A program made the position numbers and the translations under genes. From assembly GCA_913056375.1 (NCBI GenBank), contig CAJXNF010000003.1:1-33053 (forward strand): DNA of 33,053 nt. The letters are read 5' to 3'. Within the stretch, counting starts at the first letter, position 1. Each line of letters begins with the position of its first letter. Positions 17,418-26,952 of this stretch are shown here, in pieces. Source of the stretch: an uncultured Pseudomonadota bacterium (GTDB lineage Bacteria > SAR324 > NAC60-12). Under the pieces are notes generated by a model. The model worked only from the letters and a program-made list of their open reading frames with translations, was not told the DNA's origin and did no database searches.

Positions 17418-18467
17418 TTATTGGGAGTCGAATTCCTCACAATCTCGCAGCCCTTGAGCTTTCCCCCACTCGTACATGTATTCAGAGACCTGAAGCAGCG
17501 CCACGGGATCTCCCGGATTGATGTGGTCTCCTGGCAGCCAGAGTTCAGACTTTGGCTCTGGTGCCGCATTCCAGAGTAGACCGTAGGAAGACTGCGGTGC
17601 AAGGCGGTCGTCACGACCATTAATGAAGTGGATAGGAGTATTCCGAATATTGGGTAGATAGGCTTCCATTTCACCGTATTCTAAAAGCGTTGAGAGGAAC
17701 CAGGCAAGGCTGCCTGCCAGCGCTCGTAGTCCAAGATCCTTACTCCAAGCGACCAGTCCTTCCGGTTCCGAAGGCATTTTGTAATGAATGCGGCCTTGTC
17801 GGACAAACTCACGGTTAAAGAGTCCTTCAAAATCAGTGAACGCATAAATCAGCAATAGTCCCGAAACGCTCTCATTCTCCAAGCTGGCGAGAGCTGCAGT
17901 GAAAGGAGCGCCAAAGCTACCTCCGGCCAGCACGACTTGCTCTGTGAAGCGAGCATCTCCGTCTAGAGAGCCGTTGGTATGACGTAGCAGCGCTTGTAAG
18001 GCACCAAGAGTATGGAGCATTTCCAGACGAATCAACTCTCCTACATTCCACCATTCAGCAACCCCATAGCTCAGCCAGACCTGTTTGCTGACATACTCCC
18101 GAATCGGATGCTCCATCGCCACAGTGTTGGCTGGGTCGTTGAGGACAGCACTGCCATCCAGCAGATTCTTACCTTGTTTCACTCCGGTGAGTAGTATGGA
18201 AGTATCACAACGCAGACCTCGGGGATTGCCTCGAAACCAAGCAATAGTTTTTCGTTCAGGATCACTGATGGATTGGATTTCCCACTGCTCGGTATCAAGT
18301 TCACGAACTTGCCAGCGTGGGATCTCTTTAAGTTCAATGGGTTGACGAATTTGCTCCAGTTTCCAGTAGCTTAGTCCCAAAAAAGAAATCAGCCCCAGCA
18401 GCAATATCCTCCCAATCCAACGCAGCATTACGATTCCAAGTGATGATTGAGCGATGCCTTCAGACAA
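17418..18467 (-). CDS. Membrane-anchored alpha/beta hydrolase
   Basis: N-terminal TM, GGSFG nucleophile elbow, INGRDD acid, PGDH His. Start TTG 18467 or ATG 18428. Confidence 0.75.
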   Translation of the reverse strand: MSEGIAQSSLGIVMLRWIGRILLLGLISFLGLSYWKLEQIRQPIELKEIPRWQVRELDTEQWEIQSISDPERKTIAWFRGNPRGLRCDTSILLTGVKQGKNLLDGSAVLNDPANTVAMEHPIREYVSKQVWLSYGVAEWWNVGELIRLEMLHTLGALQALLRHTNGSLDGDARFTEQVVLAGGSFGAPFTAALASLENESVSGLLLIYAFTDFEGLFNREFVRQGRIHYKMPSEPEGLVAWSKDLGLRALAGSLAWFLSTLLEYGEMEAYLPNIRNTPIHFINGRDDRLAPQSSYGLLWNAAPEPKSELWLPGDHINPGDPVALLQVSEYMYEWGKAQGLRDCEEFDSQ

Positions 18468-18625
18468 TCATTGGATTGCCTGGTTCCAGCAACATTTTGA
18501 GCAAGTTTTTGGCCTTTTGTCGCAGGATGTATGAACTGTAGAAGGCAACAGCAGGAGTCTGAGGAGGCCGACTGAGAGGAGAAAAACAGGGAGTGGAAGC
18601 CCTCCCTGCTATTAGAAGTGACGAG

Positions 18626-21600
18626 CTATTCGCGACGACCAACCATGGCGAAAGCACCCCAATAGAAGGGGCTGCTCCAGCGGAAGTCCTCAACCATTTC
18701 AAGACGAGCCTCCCGCATGGCTTCCCGTGGGGGAATACCGTCCAGGTATTTGTCGTAGAACTTGGTCATCAGGAGTTGAGTACCGTCGTCAGAGACTTCC
18801 CAAAAGGAATTGATTACGGAGTCGACACCAGCTTCCTGGAAGGAGCGACGCAGACCATAGACTCCTTCACCTTCGTGGATCTCACCTAGGCCAGTTTCAC
18901 AAGCGGATAGAATGACAAGTCGAGTACCAGTCAAGTTTAGGCTGAGCACCTCCATCGCAGTCAACACTCCGTCATTGTCCGTATCGATTTCACCCAACAG
19001 CGGGGCATTCGGATTCAACCCGGCGAAGGCCAAGCCAGCACGCAGCAAGGGGTTATCTGCTGGAGGTGGGATTGGATTTTGACTACCACGCTGCATACCC
19101 ATGATGCGCTTGGCCAGACGTTCCTGTTCTTTCAGAAAAAAACCATGGGTCGCAATGTGAAGAATCTCAGGAACCTTCTCAGCGTTGTAACTACGTAACT
19201 CTTTCTCCTCAGCTGCAGCCCGAGTGACAAAGGTTGTGCTACGCTCCTTGTCGCCCACAACTTCTTCAATCACTTCACCTTCCTTCTCAGCGCCAGGAAG
19301 AGGACTAAAGTTTAGTCCACGCAGACCGTTACCCATGCGAATGCCAGAGTTTACTGTTGCCGAGCGCTTACTGGAAGCAACAATACGAGCTTCCGGAGAG
19401 TTGCTGATCTCATCGGAATCATAGTCTGGGCCCGCAATGATGAGCACATCGCCCTCAGCAGGTTCCAGCGGATCGATGACCAAATCTCGAGCAGAACTGA
19501 TTAACCGCAGATTCAGGGTCTCAATCAGATACTGGTCCTCAAAATCAACCAATGCGTCAAAGGGCAGCACATTCAGCACGCTGTCTGGGATCAGGAAGAT
19601 CGAATCCTTATCTTCTAGAAATTCAGTGATTGGATCCCAGAGTGGCTCATAGAGTTCCTGGGCAATCGGTTTGATATCATCCTCAATGACAGTCACGTCC
19701 ATCATGTAGTCACGCAACTCCATGATCATATCTTTGAATGGTTCCAGTTCTTCGTAATTATAGAAGTGGAGTTCACCATCATTCAGGATTATGACACAGA
19801 GTGACCACTCATCGTTTTCATCACGATAGGCGAAAAAGTCAACCAGCGCGTGTTCCTCACCGACAGCATCAAGCACATCTTCAACACTGACCTGCTGAAT
19901 TGCCTGCCGAAAGACAGCGCTCGCTTCTCCTAGACGTAGTTGAAGGCTGTTGACCTTATTTTCGAGATCGTTGATCAACTGAGGAAAGTTGTTACGAGTT
20001 TCCGGAGTGGGACCAGAGAGCGTCAAGGCAGCCAATTCCTTGCGGGCAGCGGTTAACTCTTCCGTGATAACTTGCAACTCGGGAGAGTCTGCCATCTGAA
20101 CTACCTGCTGAGTTTCACTGGTAATCTTCAGTAGCAGTCCCTTGCGCCGGAGGCTGATATCAAAAATATCTCGAGCAGTGCGTTCGTCATCTAATTCAAT
20201 CAACAACCGAATGTAAGCATCTAGCTCAGGACGATAGAGATTGATATAGGACTGACGGGTATTGTCACCAGCTACCCAGAGAATTCGGTTCAGAAATTCG
20301 TTACGGCGCTGATAGCCCAGCTGTCGTGTTTCGTAGGCGTCATCCAGATCTCCCATCTCTTGCTGGAGATTGGCCAGATTGTTCAAAGTCTCAAAAGTAT
20401 AAGGGTGTAGTTCTCCAAGTACCTTGCCCTGTAGCTCAAGTGTTTCCTGGAAAAGTTCCAGGGCCTCGTCTTCACGACCTTGTTCAACGTAGAGCACGGC
20501 AAGATCATTCATACTACGCAGGACATCTTCGTGTTCCTGCCCTCCGAATAGTTCAGTACGCAGTTCGAGGGCGCGAACCAGAGTTTCTTCTGCTTGGTCC
20601 AGTTCGCCAAGTTGTGTTTGAACTCGGCCACTATTGTTAAGCGCCTTGAGTGTGTCCTGGTGCTTTTCTCCGTAGAGTTCCTTCCAGATTTCGTAAGCTT
20701 CGAGAAAATTGGTTTCTGCTTGTTCTGGTTTTTGGTCAATCAGGTAGAGGTAGGCCAGGTTGTTGATGCTGGCCACCGTGTTTGGATGAGTTGGACCGAA
20801 GACCTTCTTGTTGAGTTCAATGACTTGCTGATAAGTCCGCTCCGCTCGGCTGAAGTCCCCCTGTGCCTCGTAGAGCATAGCAATGTTGTTGTTGAGCGCC
20901 AGTGAGGTTGGGTGCTCTGTGCCTTGCTCCACTTGGGAAAGTGCCAGTGCTTTCTGGTAGAGTGGTTCTGCTTCGTCATAGAGTCCTTGGCTTTCTAGGA
21001 CAAGAGCCAAGTTGTTCATGATAGAGATGGTCTGAGGTGCACCTTCACCAAGTGCAGCGCTCATTGCTTGCAGTGCCTGTCGGTAGGTGGCTTCGGATTG
21101 CTGCAACTGGCCAAGTCGACGGTAAATGCCAGCCAGATTGTTCAGATCACCTGCTGTGTTTGGATGGGCATCACCAAGAATTTGTTGGTCGATTTCGTAG
21201 ACTTCTTGGTAATAGCGAAGGGATGCAACAAAGTTATTCGTATTTTCGTAGAGTTGAGCAAGATGACTTTTTGCGTCGATGACTAGTGGATCTGCAATTC
21301 CAAGTAGTTGCTCTGCTGTTGCGATCACTTCCAGGAACATCGGCTCCGCTTCATCGGGACGTCCCAATTGTCGATACAACTCTGCCAAGCGTTCCTTGGT
21401 TTCCAGCGTCTGTGTCTCCTCAGGTCCCTGAACCTTTGTGCGTAGGGCATAACTCTGCTCCAGTGGTTCTAGAGCAGGACGTAATTTGCCCTGGCGCTGA
21501 TAGAGCTGCGCTAGGTCTTCCAAGACATTGATTGTGGGTAACGCTTCTGCCCCAACTGCCGTCACGAGAGTTGCTTGAGCATCCTGTAAGCGCTGCTCTG

Positions 21601-22300
21601 CCAGTTCATAGCGCAGCAATTCCGCATCATTGTTTGCCAAGGTTTGTAAGCGCAGAGTGGTTCGGGGATCCTGTGCTCCCAAGGCTTCAGTAGATACAAG
21701 ATAGGCTTTTTCATAAACGACATCGGCCATTTCGTATTCACCCAACTCAGCAAAGAATCCACCGTACTGATCAAGAATCTGCAACACGATGTTGGAGTTG
21801 GTTCCCTGCTGCTCCATGGCGATGACCAGAGTCTCCTGGTAGAGTTCATTGGCAATTTCTAGTTCTCCCAGTTCTCCATACAGCAGTGCCTGGAGTAAAT
21901 AAGCCCGAAGGGTTCTTTCATCTCGTAGCCCGAAGTGTTGATCTGCCAACTCACGAGCTTGTAGAGCCTTGTTCAGGCTGTTTTCCAGTTCCCCAAATTC
22001 ATATTCCTGCATCGCCTGATCAAAGATTTTTTTCCAATCACGAGCCAGCTCAACAGGATCAATGGTGGTCTCTTCAGTAGCTGCGGTGTCTGGCAGTTCA
22101 GACTGTACAGATGCAGCCTGGGTTTCTGCCTCCTGTACTGTGGATTCAGTACGCTGGAGCGCATCCTCAACCTGCTGTAGTGCATTCTGGGTCTCCGACA
22201 GAGCTTTTTCACTTTGCTCATTTTCTTGTGCAATTGCCCAACTATGGGTCAGCAGATAACTGGCACAGAACACGACAAAGGCTCGTTGGCGCAGCAGCAT
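18626..22300 (-). CDS. Exported TPR-repeat CHAT-domain (caspase-like) protease
   Basis: AGGAGG RBS before ATG 22300; signal peptide ..SWAIA/Q; many ~42-aa TPRs (HPNTAGDLNNLA); CHAT dyad ILHIATHGF and LSACETG; SPFYWGAF C-terminus. Confidence 0.92.
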   Translation of the reverse strand: MLLRQRAFVVFCASYLLTHSWAIAQENEQSEKALSETQNALQQVEDALQRTESTVQEAETQAASVQSELPDTAATEETTIDPVELARDWKKIFDQAMQEYEFGELENSLNKALQARELADQHFGLRDERTLRAYLLQALLYGELGELEIANELYQETLVIAMEQQGTNSNIVLQILDQYGGFFAELGEYEMADVVYEKAYLVSTEALGAQDPRTTLRLQTLANNDAELLRYELAEQRLQDAQATLVTAVGAEALPTINVLEDLAQLYQRQGKLRPALEPLEQSYALRTKVQGPEETQTLETKERLAELYRQLGRPDEAEPMFLEVIATAEQLLGIADPLVIDAKSHLAQLYENTNNFVASLRYYQEVYEIDQQILGDAHPNTAGDLNNLAGIYRRLGQLQQSEATYRQALQAMSAALGEGAPQTISIMNNLALVLESQGLYDEAEPLYQKALALSQVEQGTEHPTSLALNNNIAMLYEAQGDFSRAERTYQQVIELNKKVFGPTHPNTVASINNLAYLYLIDQKPEQAETNFLEAYEIWKELYGEKHQDTLKALNNSGRVQTQLGELDQAEETLVRALELRTELFGGQEHEDVLRSMNDLAVLYVEQGREDEALELFQETLELQGKVLGELHPYTFETLNNLANLQQEMGDLDDAYETRQLGYQRRNEFLNRILWVAGDNTRQSYINLYRPELDAYIRLLIELDDERTARDIFDISLRRKGLLLKITSETQQVVQMADSPELQVITEELTAARKELAALTLSGPTPETRNNFPQLINDLENKVNSLQLRLGEASAVFRQAIQQVSVEDVLDAVGEEHALVDFFAYRDENDEWSLCVIILNDGELHFYNYEELEPFKDMIMELRDYMMDVTVIEDDIKPIAQELYEPLWDPITEFLEDKDSIFLIPDSVLNVLPFDALVDFEDQYLIETLNLRLISSARDLVIDPLEPAEGDVLIIAGPDYDSDEISNSPEARIVASSKRSATVNSGIRMGNGLRGLNFSPLPGAEKEGEVIEEVVGDKERSTTFVTRAAAEEKELRSYNAEKVPEILHIATHGFFLKEQERLAKRIMGMQRGSQNPIPPPADNPLLRAGLAFAGLNPNAPLLGEIDTDNDGVLTAMEVLSLNLTGTRLVILSACETGLGEIHEGEGVYGLRRSFQEAGVDSVINSFWEVSDDGTQLLMTKFYDKYLDGIPPREAMREARLEMVEDFRWSSPFYWGAFAMVGRRE

Positions 22301-22367
22301 TTGGCCTCCTTGAACCGGCATTCTTGACAAAGGGGGAAGACGACCAAAAGATCGTCTGGATAATCAA

Positions 22368-23771
22368 TCAAATATGGATCGCTCGCTTGTCTGTGGCATC
22401 CAGAGCAGCTTCTTTGATCGCTTCTGCAAAGGTTGGGTGAGCGTGGGACATTCTTGCAATATCCTCTGCACTGCAACGATATTCAAAAGCTACGACAGCC
22501 TCTGCAATCAGGTCTGCGATCCGGGCTCCAACCATGTGGATACCGAGCACTTCATCGGTTTCCTGATCAGCAATCACCTTGACCAACCCATCAGTTTCCA
22601 TCGCTGCCCGGGCACGTCCCAAGGCTTTGAATGGGAAGGAACCAACTTTGAAGCTCCGCCCAGCCTCCTGCAACTCCTGCTCTGTGTAACCAACACCTGC
22701 GGCTTCTGGCCAGGTATAGAGCACGCTGGGAATTGCCCGATAGTTCATGTGAGGACGCTGTCCAGCAATGACTTCTGCGGCGAACACTCCTTCTTCCTCT
22801 GCTTTGTGTGCCAGCATTGCTCCGCGGATGACGTCACCAATCCCATAAACTCCGGGCACGGTGGTCTGCAGCTGATCGTTGACAGGGAGTCTGCCTCGCT
22901 CATCGGTTTGCAGGCCGATCTTATCAAGGCCCAAGCTATCTGTGAAGGGTTTGCGACCAACAGCTACGAGGCAGTATTCACCCTCAAAGCTCACTTCGTC
23001 CCCCTTTTTATTCTTGGCAGTCACCACGACCTTGTCGTCACCGGCAACAGCCTGCTGGACAGCATGGCTCAGGTGAAACTTGATGCCGAGCTTACGCAGA
23101 ATTCTCTGCATTTCCTTACCCAGTGAGAGATCCATGGTGGGAATCAGGCGATCCATGAATTCAATCACAGCGACCTTGGTACCCATGCGAGCGTAGACAG
23201 AACCCATTTCCAAACCAATGATTCCTCCACCAATCACGAGCATAGTTTCCGGGACGCTGGGCAAGGACAACGCCTCAGTAGAGGTGATAATACGTTTACC
23301 GTCGATTGGTACATTGGGCAGTGAAGAAGGCTCAGAACCAGTGGCAATGATGGTGTTTTTCGTCTGAATATTTTCTGTACTACCATCTGCCTTGCGAACT
23401 TGAATTGTATTGGCATCCACAAAGCTGCCATGGCCTTGGTACACCTCGATTTGATTCTTGTTCATCAGATACATCACACCATCGCAAGTCTGAGAAACTA
23501 CCTCATCTTTGCGCTTCTTCATGTTGTCCCAGTTGAGGCTCAGTCCTGAGACATCGATTCCATGGGTCGCAAAGTGATTTTTGGCGTTGTAGTAGTGCTC
23601 GGTTGAATCGAGAAGGGCCTTGGAAGGAATGCAGCCCACGTTGAGACAGGTTCCCCCAAGGGTGGGTGATTTTTCAATCAGTGCGGTTTTCAGTCCGAGC
23701 TGCGATGAACGAATTGCAGCGACATAGCCGCCAGGTCCTGCGCCAATCACAACGACATCAAATTGGCTCAT
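22368..23771 (-). CDS. lpdA: Dihydrolipoamide dehydrogenase
   Basis: GAGPGGY, GGTCLNVGCIPSK redox disulfide, GGGIIGLE, HAHPTFAE. Confidence 0.97.
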   Translation of the reverse strand: MSQFDVVVIGAGPGGYVAAIRSSQLGLKTALIEKSPTLGGTCLNVGCIPSKALLDSTEHYYNAKNHFATHGIDVSGLSLNWDNMKKRKDEVVSQTCDGVMYLMNKNQIEVYQGHGSFVDANTIQVRKADGSTENIQTKNTIIATGSEPSSLPNVPIDGKRIITSTEALSLPSVPETMLVIGGGIIGLEMGSVYARMGTKVAVIEFMDRLIPTMDLSLGKEMQRILRKLGIKFHLSHAVQQAVAGDDKVVVTAKNKKGDEVSFEGEYCLVAVGRKPFTDSLGLDKIGLQTDERGRLPVNDQLQTTVPGVYGIGDVIRGAMLAHKAEEEGVFAAEVIAGQRPHMNYRAIPSVLYTWPEAAGVGYTEQELQEAGRSFKVGSFPFKALGRARAAMETDGLVKVIADQETDEVLGIHMVGARIADLIAEAVVAFEYRCSAEDIARMSHAHPTFAEAIKEAALDATDKRAIHI

Positions 23772-23803
23772 GAGTTCTCCAGAAAGTCTAAGAAAAGGGG
23801 GTG

Positions 23804-23825
23804 ACCGGACATAGCGAAGTCCGGT
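23804..23825. other. Inverted repeat between the FlgT-like gene and lpdA
   Basis: ACCGGAC-8 nt-GTCCGGT; on the minus strand it is followed by a pyrimidine run (CCCCCTTTTCTT) just before the lpdA RBS. Confidence 0.45.
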
Positions 23826-23939
23826 GAGTAAAGCTTGTAGATGATGAGGGAAAAACTAGGCGGACTGGATTGATGTTGCAAACTAAAATCCCTGCCACCT
23901 CATTCAGAAGGAAATCGATCAAAATGAAGATAGGGTGAG

Positions 23940-25145
23940 CTACTGGCGTACTTCCAACTGCTCTGGTGCAGCTACTTCTTCGATGGCGGGGGCTCGAGGA
24001 TTGAGGAAGACGATGCGGTTACCCGTGGCTTCTTGGGCTACCAGAGGAATATTTCTCTCTTGAAGATCACGGCGCATCTGACGTCGCAGACGACTTTTGT
24101 CCTCAGAAGAGAACAGCTCGATCTCAATGTAGCGATTCGTGTTTTTGAGTTCACTGAGCTGCTGGTATCCCGGAGTGTTTTCAAGATAGTCGAGGATCAT
24201 ATCTTCTTCCTCGATGCTGTAATTTCGGAAGACCAGCAGATAGGCGTTGCCGATATCGCCAATACTCTGGTAGTAGGACAGCACTCGATCAATAGCTTCC
24301 TGAGCAGCATCTTTACCAGCTCGGGTGCCTGCCTTGCCCAGCATGTTGAACCAGTCGTAGGAACCAGGCCGGTTAGCGGAGAGTTCCTTGCCATAGGTGA
24401 CCACATCAGCGATTTGTCGGCCTGTGTTGGCATCATAGACGCTGAGTCTCACGGTCGCCTTGGTCGCATAGAACACCCCCCCACGTTGATCTCGTTTGCC
24501 ACCGACTAGTTCAAAGCGTACGAGGATTTCCGCCTGTTGATCCAACGCCAGAGCAATCAGGTTGTCTACTGGGCGATCTACCAATGCAGCTTGTTCAATA
24601 GTACGGTAGACCTCTTCCATTGCCTGCTCATTGAAAACACGAAAACCCATGCGGTTGAATTCATCCCGAATCACAGACAAGGTTGTGCTAACAGGCCCAA
24701 TGTCGCGGGGTAAAGCATTCGGATCGGTTGGCGCATACACGATCATCACACGCTTGTTGCCCATTTTCTGATGCAACACCCGGAGTGCCGTCAGAGTATC
24801 AACAATTCGGCTATCCTGGACATCTGCTCGGATCACCACTTCGTAGGCTGACCCCCCACTGGAGCGCCCTTCACGCAAGACTTGAAATTCCCTGATGAAT
24901 CCTTGACTAGCACTGAAGATTTCATCACGGATGACCTCAAAATTCTGGGTCAGCGTAGTCGCATCAACGTAGGCTCCAACACCTTGTTCAACAGCCTCAC
25001 GCTGTGCGTTTTTCAAGGCCTGAGTCCGTGCACCACCAATATTTTCGTCATAGATCGTTGCCACTCCAGTCACTGTGATTTCGCGTGCCAATGCCGTAAA
25101 ATTCGTACATAGAGTCACAATCAGTAACAGGATCAGGTAACGCAT
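23940..25145 (-). CDS. Exported protein with FlgT N-terminal (LPP20-like) domain and CsgG/TolB-N-like middle domain
   Basis: AAGGAGG RBS before ATG 25145; signal peptide; VTGVATI...ARTQALKNAQREAVEQGVG...YEVVIRADV; VRLSVYDANTGRQI. Confidence 0.7.
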   Translation of the reverse strand: MRYLILLLIVTLCTNFTALAREITVTGVATIYDENIGGARTQALKNAQREAVEQGVGAYVDATTLTQNFEVIRDEIFSASQGFIREFQVLREGRSSGGSAYEVVIRADVQDSRIVDTLTALRVLHQKMGNKRVMIVYAPTDPNALPRDIGPVSTTLSVIRDEFNRMGFRVFNEQAMEEVYRTIEQAALVDRPVDNLIALALDQQAEILVRFELVGGKRDQRGGVFYATKATVRLSVYDANTGRQIADVVTYGKELSANRPGSYDWFNMLGKAGTRAGKDAAQEAIDRVLSYYQSIGDIGNAYLLVFRNYSIEEEDMILDYLENTPGYQQLSELKNTNRYIEIELFSSEDKSRLRRQMRRDLQERNIPLVAQEATGNRIVFLNPRAPAIEEVAAPEQLEVRQ

Positions 25146-25162
25146 ATTCCTCCTTGGATGAT

Positions 25163-26614
25163 TCAATTGATTTCCAAACCAAATTCAGGATCTTCAGAAA
25201 GAAAGGGCAGTTCCACTGGTTCAATACGAGTGGGCTCCATTTCTGCAGGTTGGCTGGCAGGCTGAATGATAGCGCTGGCAGCACGAGGCTGCACCAAGGC
25301 ATCTTCAGGTGGTGATGTGGTCCCTGCGGCTTCGATAGTACTTTCTGCTAGATTGTCCAGCGGGTTGTAGCTGCCTGCAGCTATCTGCATATCGGTCCAG
25401 GCTTGAGCATACTTGATTTCTGGCTGATAGGCGTTGGCTTGTGCAAAATGATAGGCTGCCAAAGACCACCGTTGCTGCAATCGATACACAGAGCCCAGGT
25501 TGAAGTGTGCGGCCGCTAGATTCTGGCTATCTTGAGGCCGTGAGGTGCGGGCGTAGAACTTGATGATCGCGCTGTAGCGCTGAAAGTCCTGACGTTCCAG
25601 CAGGGTGATCAGTACAGGATCTATCTCTTTCAGTGAATAGGATTTTCCATACAAGCGTAATAGAGCTTTGAGCGTGTTTTGAGGCAATCTTGCCTGGCGT
25701 AGTCGTGTGTAGAGTTCACTACCGAAAGTGAAGCGTTCGGATTCGCCAAAGGATACAGGCTCGAAGACCACATAACTCCAGCCTTTTAGCGCACGGTCAT
25801 AATCTCCACTGACAGCATAGCGGTTAGCCTGCAGGATTCCCGGATGCCCCAAGTCCACAGTATCACCACTCCAAGGCAAAGGAGAGGTGCCGACCTCCAG
25901 TTCAAGAGTGCGATTTTTTTGCACAGGATTCAGTCGATCCAACATACGCTGCACAAGCAAGCGCCCAAGCCGCATCATTTCGCTGTCAGCAGGAGGCATC
26001 GCCAGAATCTCTGCCTCTCCTACGTAGCTCTGCTGAAAAGAGATCTTTTCATTTCCCTGATATAGCTCTTGTCGGCTCCCAGCGTTCAGGAAAGAGAAGC
26101 GAATCTCCAAATCCAAGGTGCGGTGCATTACCCGTTCACTGAAAGGAATTTCTTCAAATTCAAAAGCCTGTCGGGGGATCGCAATCTCTTGACCAGGTTC
26201 CTGGATCATTACATTGCGCGGGCGCAGATTAATTCGGGTGTTCCCGCGAGTCTCCTCTTCATCACGGATAGAAAAAATTTCAACCTCTACTGCAACTAAA
26301 GCTGTGTATTCGCGTTGTGTCTCGCTTACTTCATCCAGATAGTCAAAATTAGGGATTCGATAGACTTCTTGAATAAATATATCACGAAACAAACCGGCTT
26401 GACGTCCTGTGAAACGCTCTAGTGAGAAGGCAGACGTGCGCAGTAGTGCTTCGGAATTGGGTGGATCGGAGTAGTAGACAGTTTTTGCCAGACAGCCAGA
26501 GAGCAGTAGCGGTAGTGACAGGAGAAATAAAAAATTAGTCAGCGAGGTCGTCTGTGGTTTGTACCAATTGCTTGTCTTGGTTGATGGTCCAGGTGTCTTC
26601 AGTTGCATCGTCAT
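25163..26614 (-). CDS. Predicted lipoprotein with TPR-like C-terminal region
   Basis: Lipobox LLSG/C; [11 protein letters not shown]...[11 protein letters not shown]-like helix pair. Start uncertain: nearest in-frame ATGs (26614, 26608) lie inside the pilin gene. Confidence 0.7.
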   Translation of the reverse strand: MTMQLKTPGPSTKTSNWYKPQTTSLTNFLFLLSLPLLLSGCLAKTVYYSDPPNSEALLRTSAFSLERFTGRQAGLFRDIFIQEVYRIPNFDYLDEVSETQREYTALVAVEVEIFSIRDEEETRGNTRINLRPRNVMIQEPGQEIAIPRQAFEFEEIPFSERVMHRTLDLEIRFSFLNAGSRQELYQGNEKISFQQSYVGEAEILAMPPADSEMMRLGRLLVQRMLDRLNPVQKNRTLELEVGTSPLPWSGDTVDLGHPGILQANRYAVSGDYDRALKGWSYVVFEPVSFGESERFTFGSELYTRLRQARLPQNTLKALLRLYGKSYSLKEIDPVLITLLERQDFQRYSAIIKFYARTSRPQDSQNLAAAHFNLGSVYRLQQRWSLAAYHFAQANAYQPEIKYAQAWTDMQIAAGSYNPLDNLAESTIEAAGTTSPPEDALVQPRAASAIIQPASQPAEMEPTRIEPVELPFLSEDPEFGLEIN

Positions 26615-26951
26615 CCAGGTTGGCAGTTGCCGTGGCGGTGAAGGTACTGGCGGTGGCCGTGATGCCGTAGCTATAAATGGCATCGTCTGCAATGCCGACT
26701 CCAAGAGCTGCGAAGTCATCGGTGTAGCTTCCATTACTGGCATGATAGAGTTTTTCTGCCGTATGGATTGCCGCTAAGTTGGTCTTGACTTCGCTTTGCT
26801 TGGCTCGTTGCAGATAGCCTTCCAGGCTGGGATAAGCCAGGGTTGCAAGAATGCCGATGATCGCAACAACGATCATCACCTCAATCAGGCTAAATCCCTT
26901 GGGTTGATGGGCACCGTATGCAAGATATCGACCTCTGATTGGCATGGACAC
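26535..26951 (-). CDS. Type IV pilin (deltaproteobacterial PilA/PilE-like)
   Basis: [19 protein letters not shown] prepilin cleavage/methylation motif with Glu5; [11 protein letters not shown]; [12 protein letters not shown]; no Cys. Confidence 0.92.
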   Translation of the reverse strand: MSMPIRGRYLAYGAHQPKGFSLIEVMIVVAIIGILATLAYPSLEGYLQRAKQSEVKTNLAAIHTAEKLYHASNGSYTDDFAALGVGIADDAIYSYGITATASTFTATATANLDDDATEDTWTINQDKQLVQTTDDLAD

Positions 26952-26952
26952 C

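Noticed and set aside
18460-18702. 80-aa minus-strand ORF bridging CHAT and the hydrolase
   Set aside because: Overlaps both neighbours and has no RBS or motif; probably intergenic.
18626-22300. CRISPR type III-E (Craspase) association of the TPR-CHAT gene
   Set aside because: No cas genes or repeat-spacer array in the window, and the protein has a signal peptide.
26615-26743. Long N-terminus of the 526-aa ORF as called in the track
   Set aside because: It is an alternative frame of the pilin gene; the lipobox lies much further downstream.
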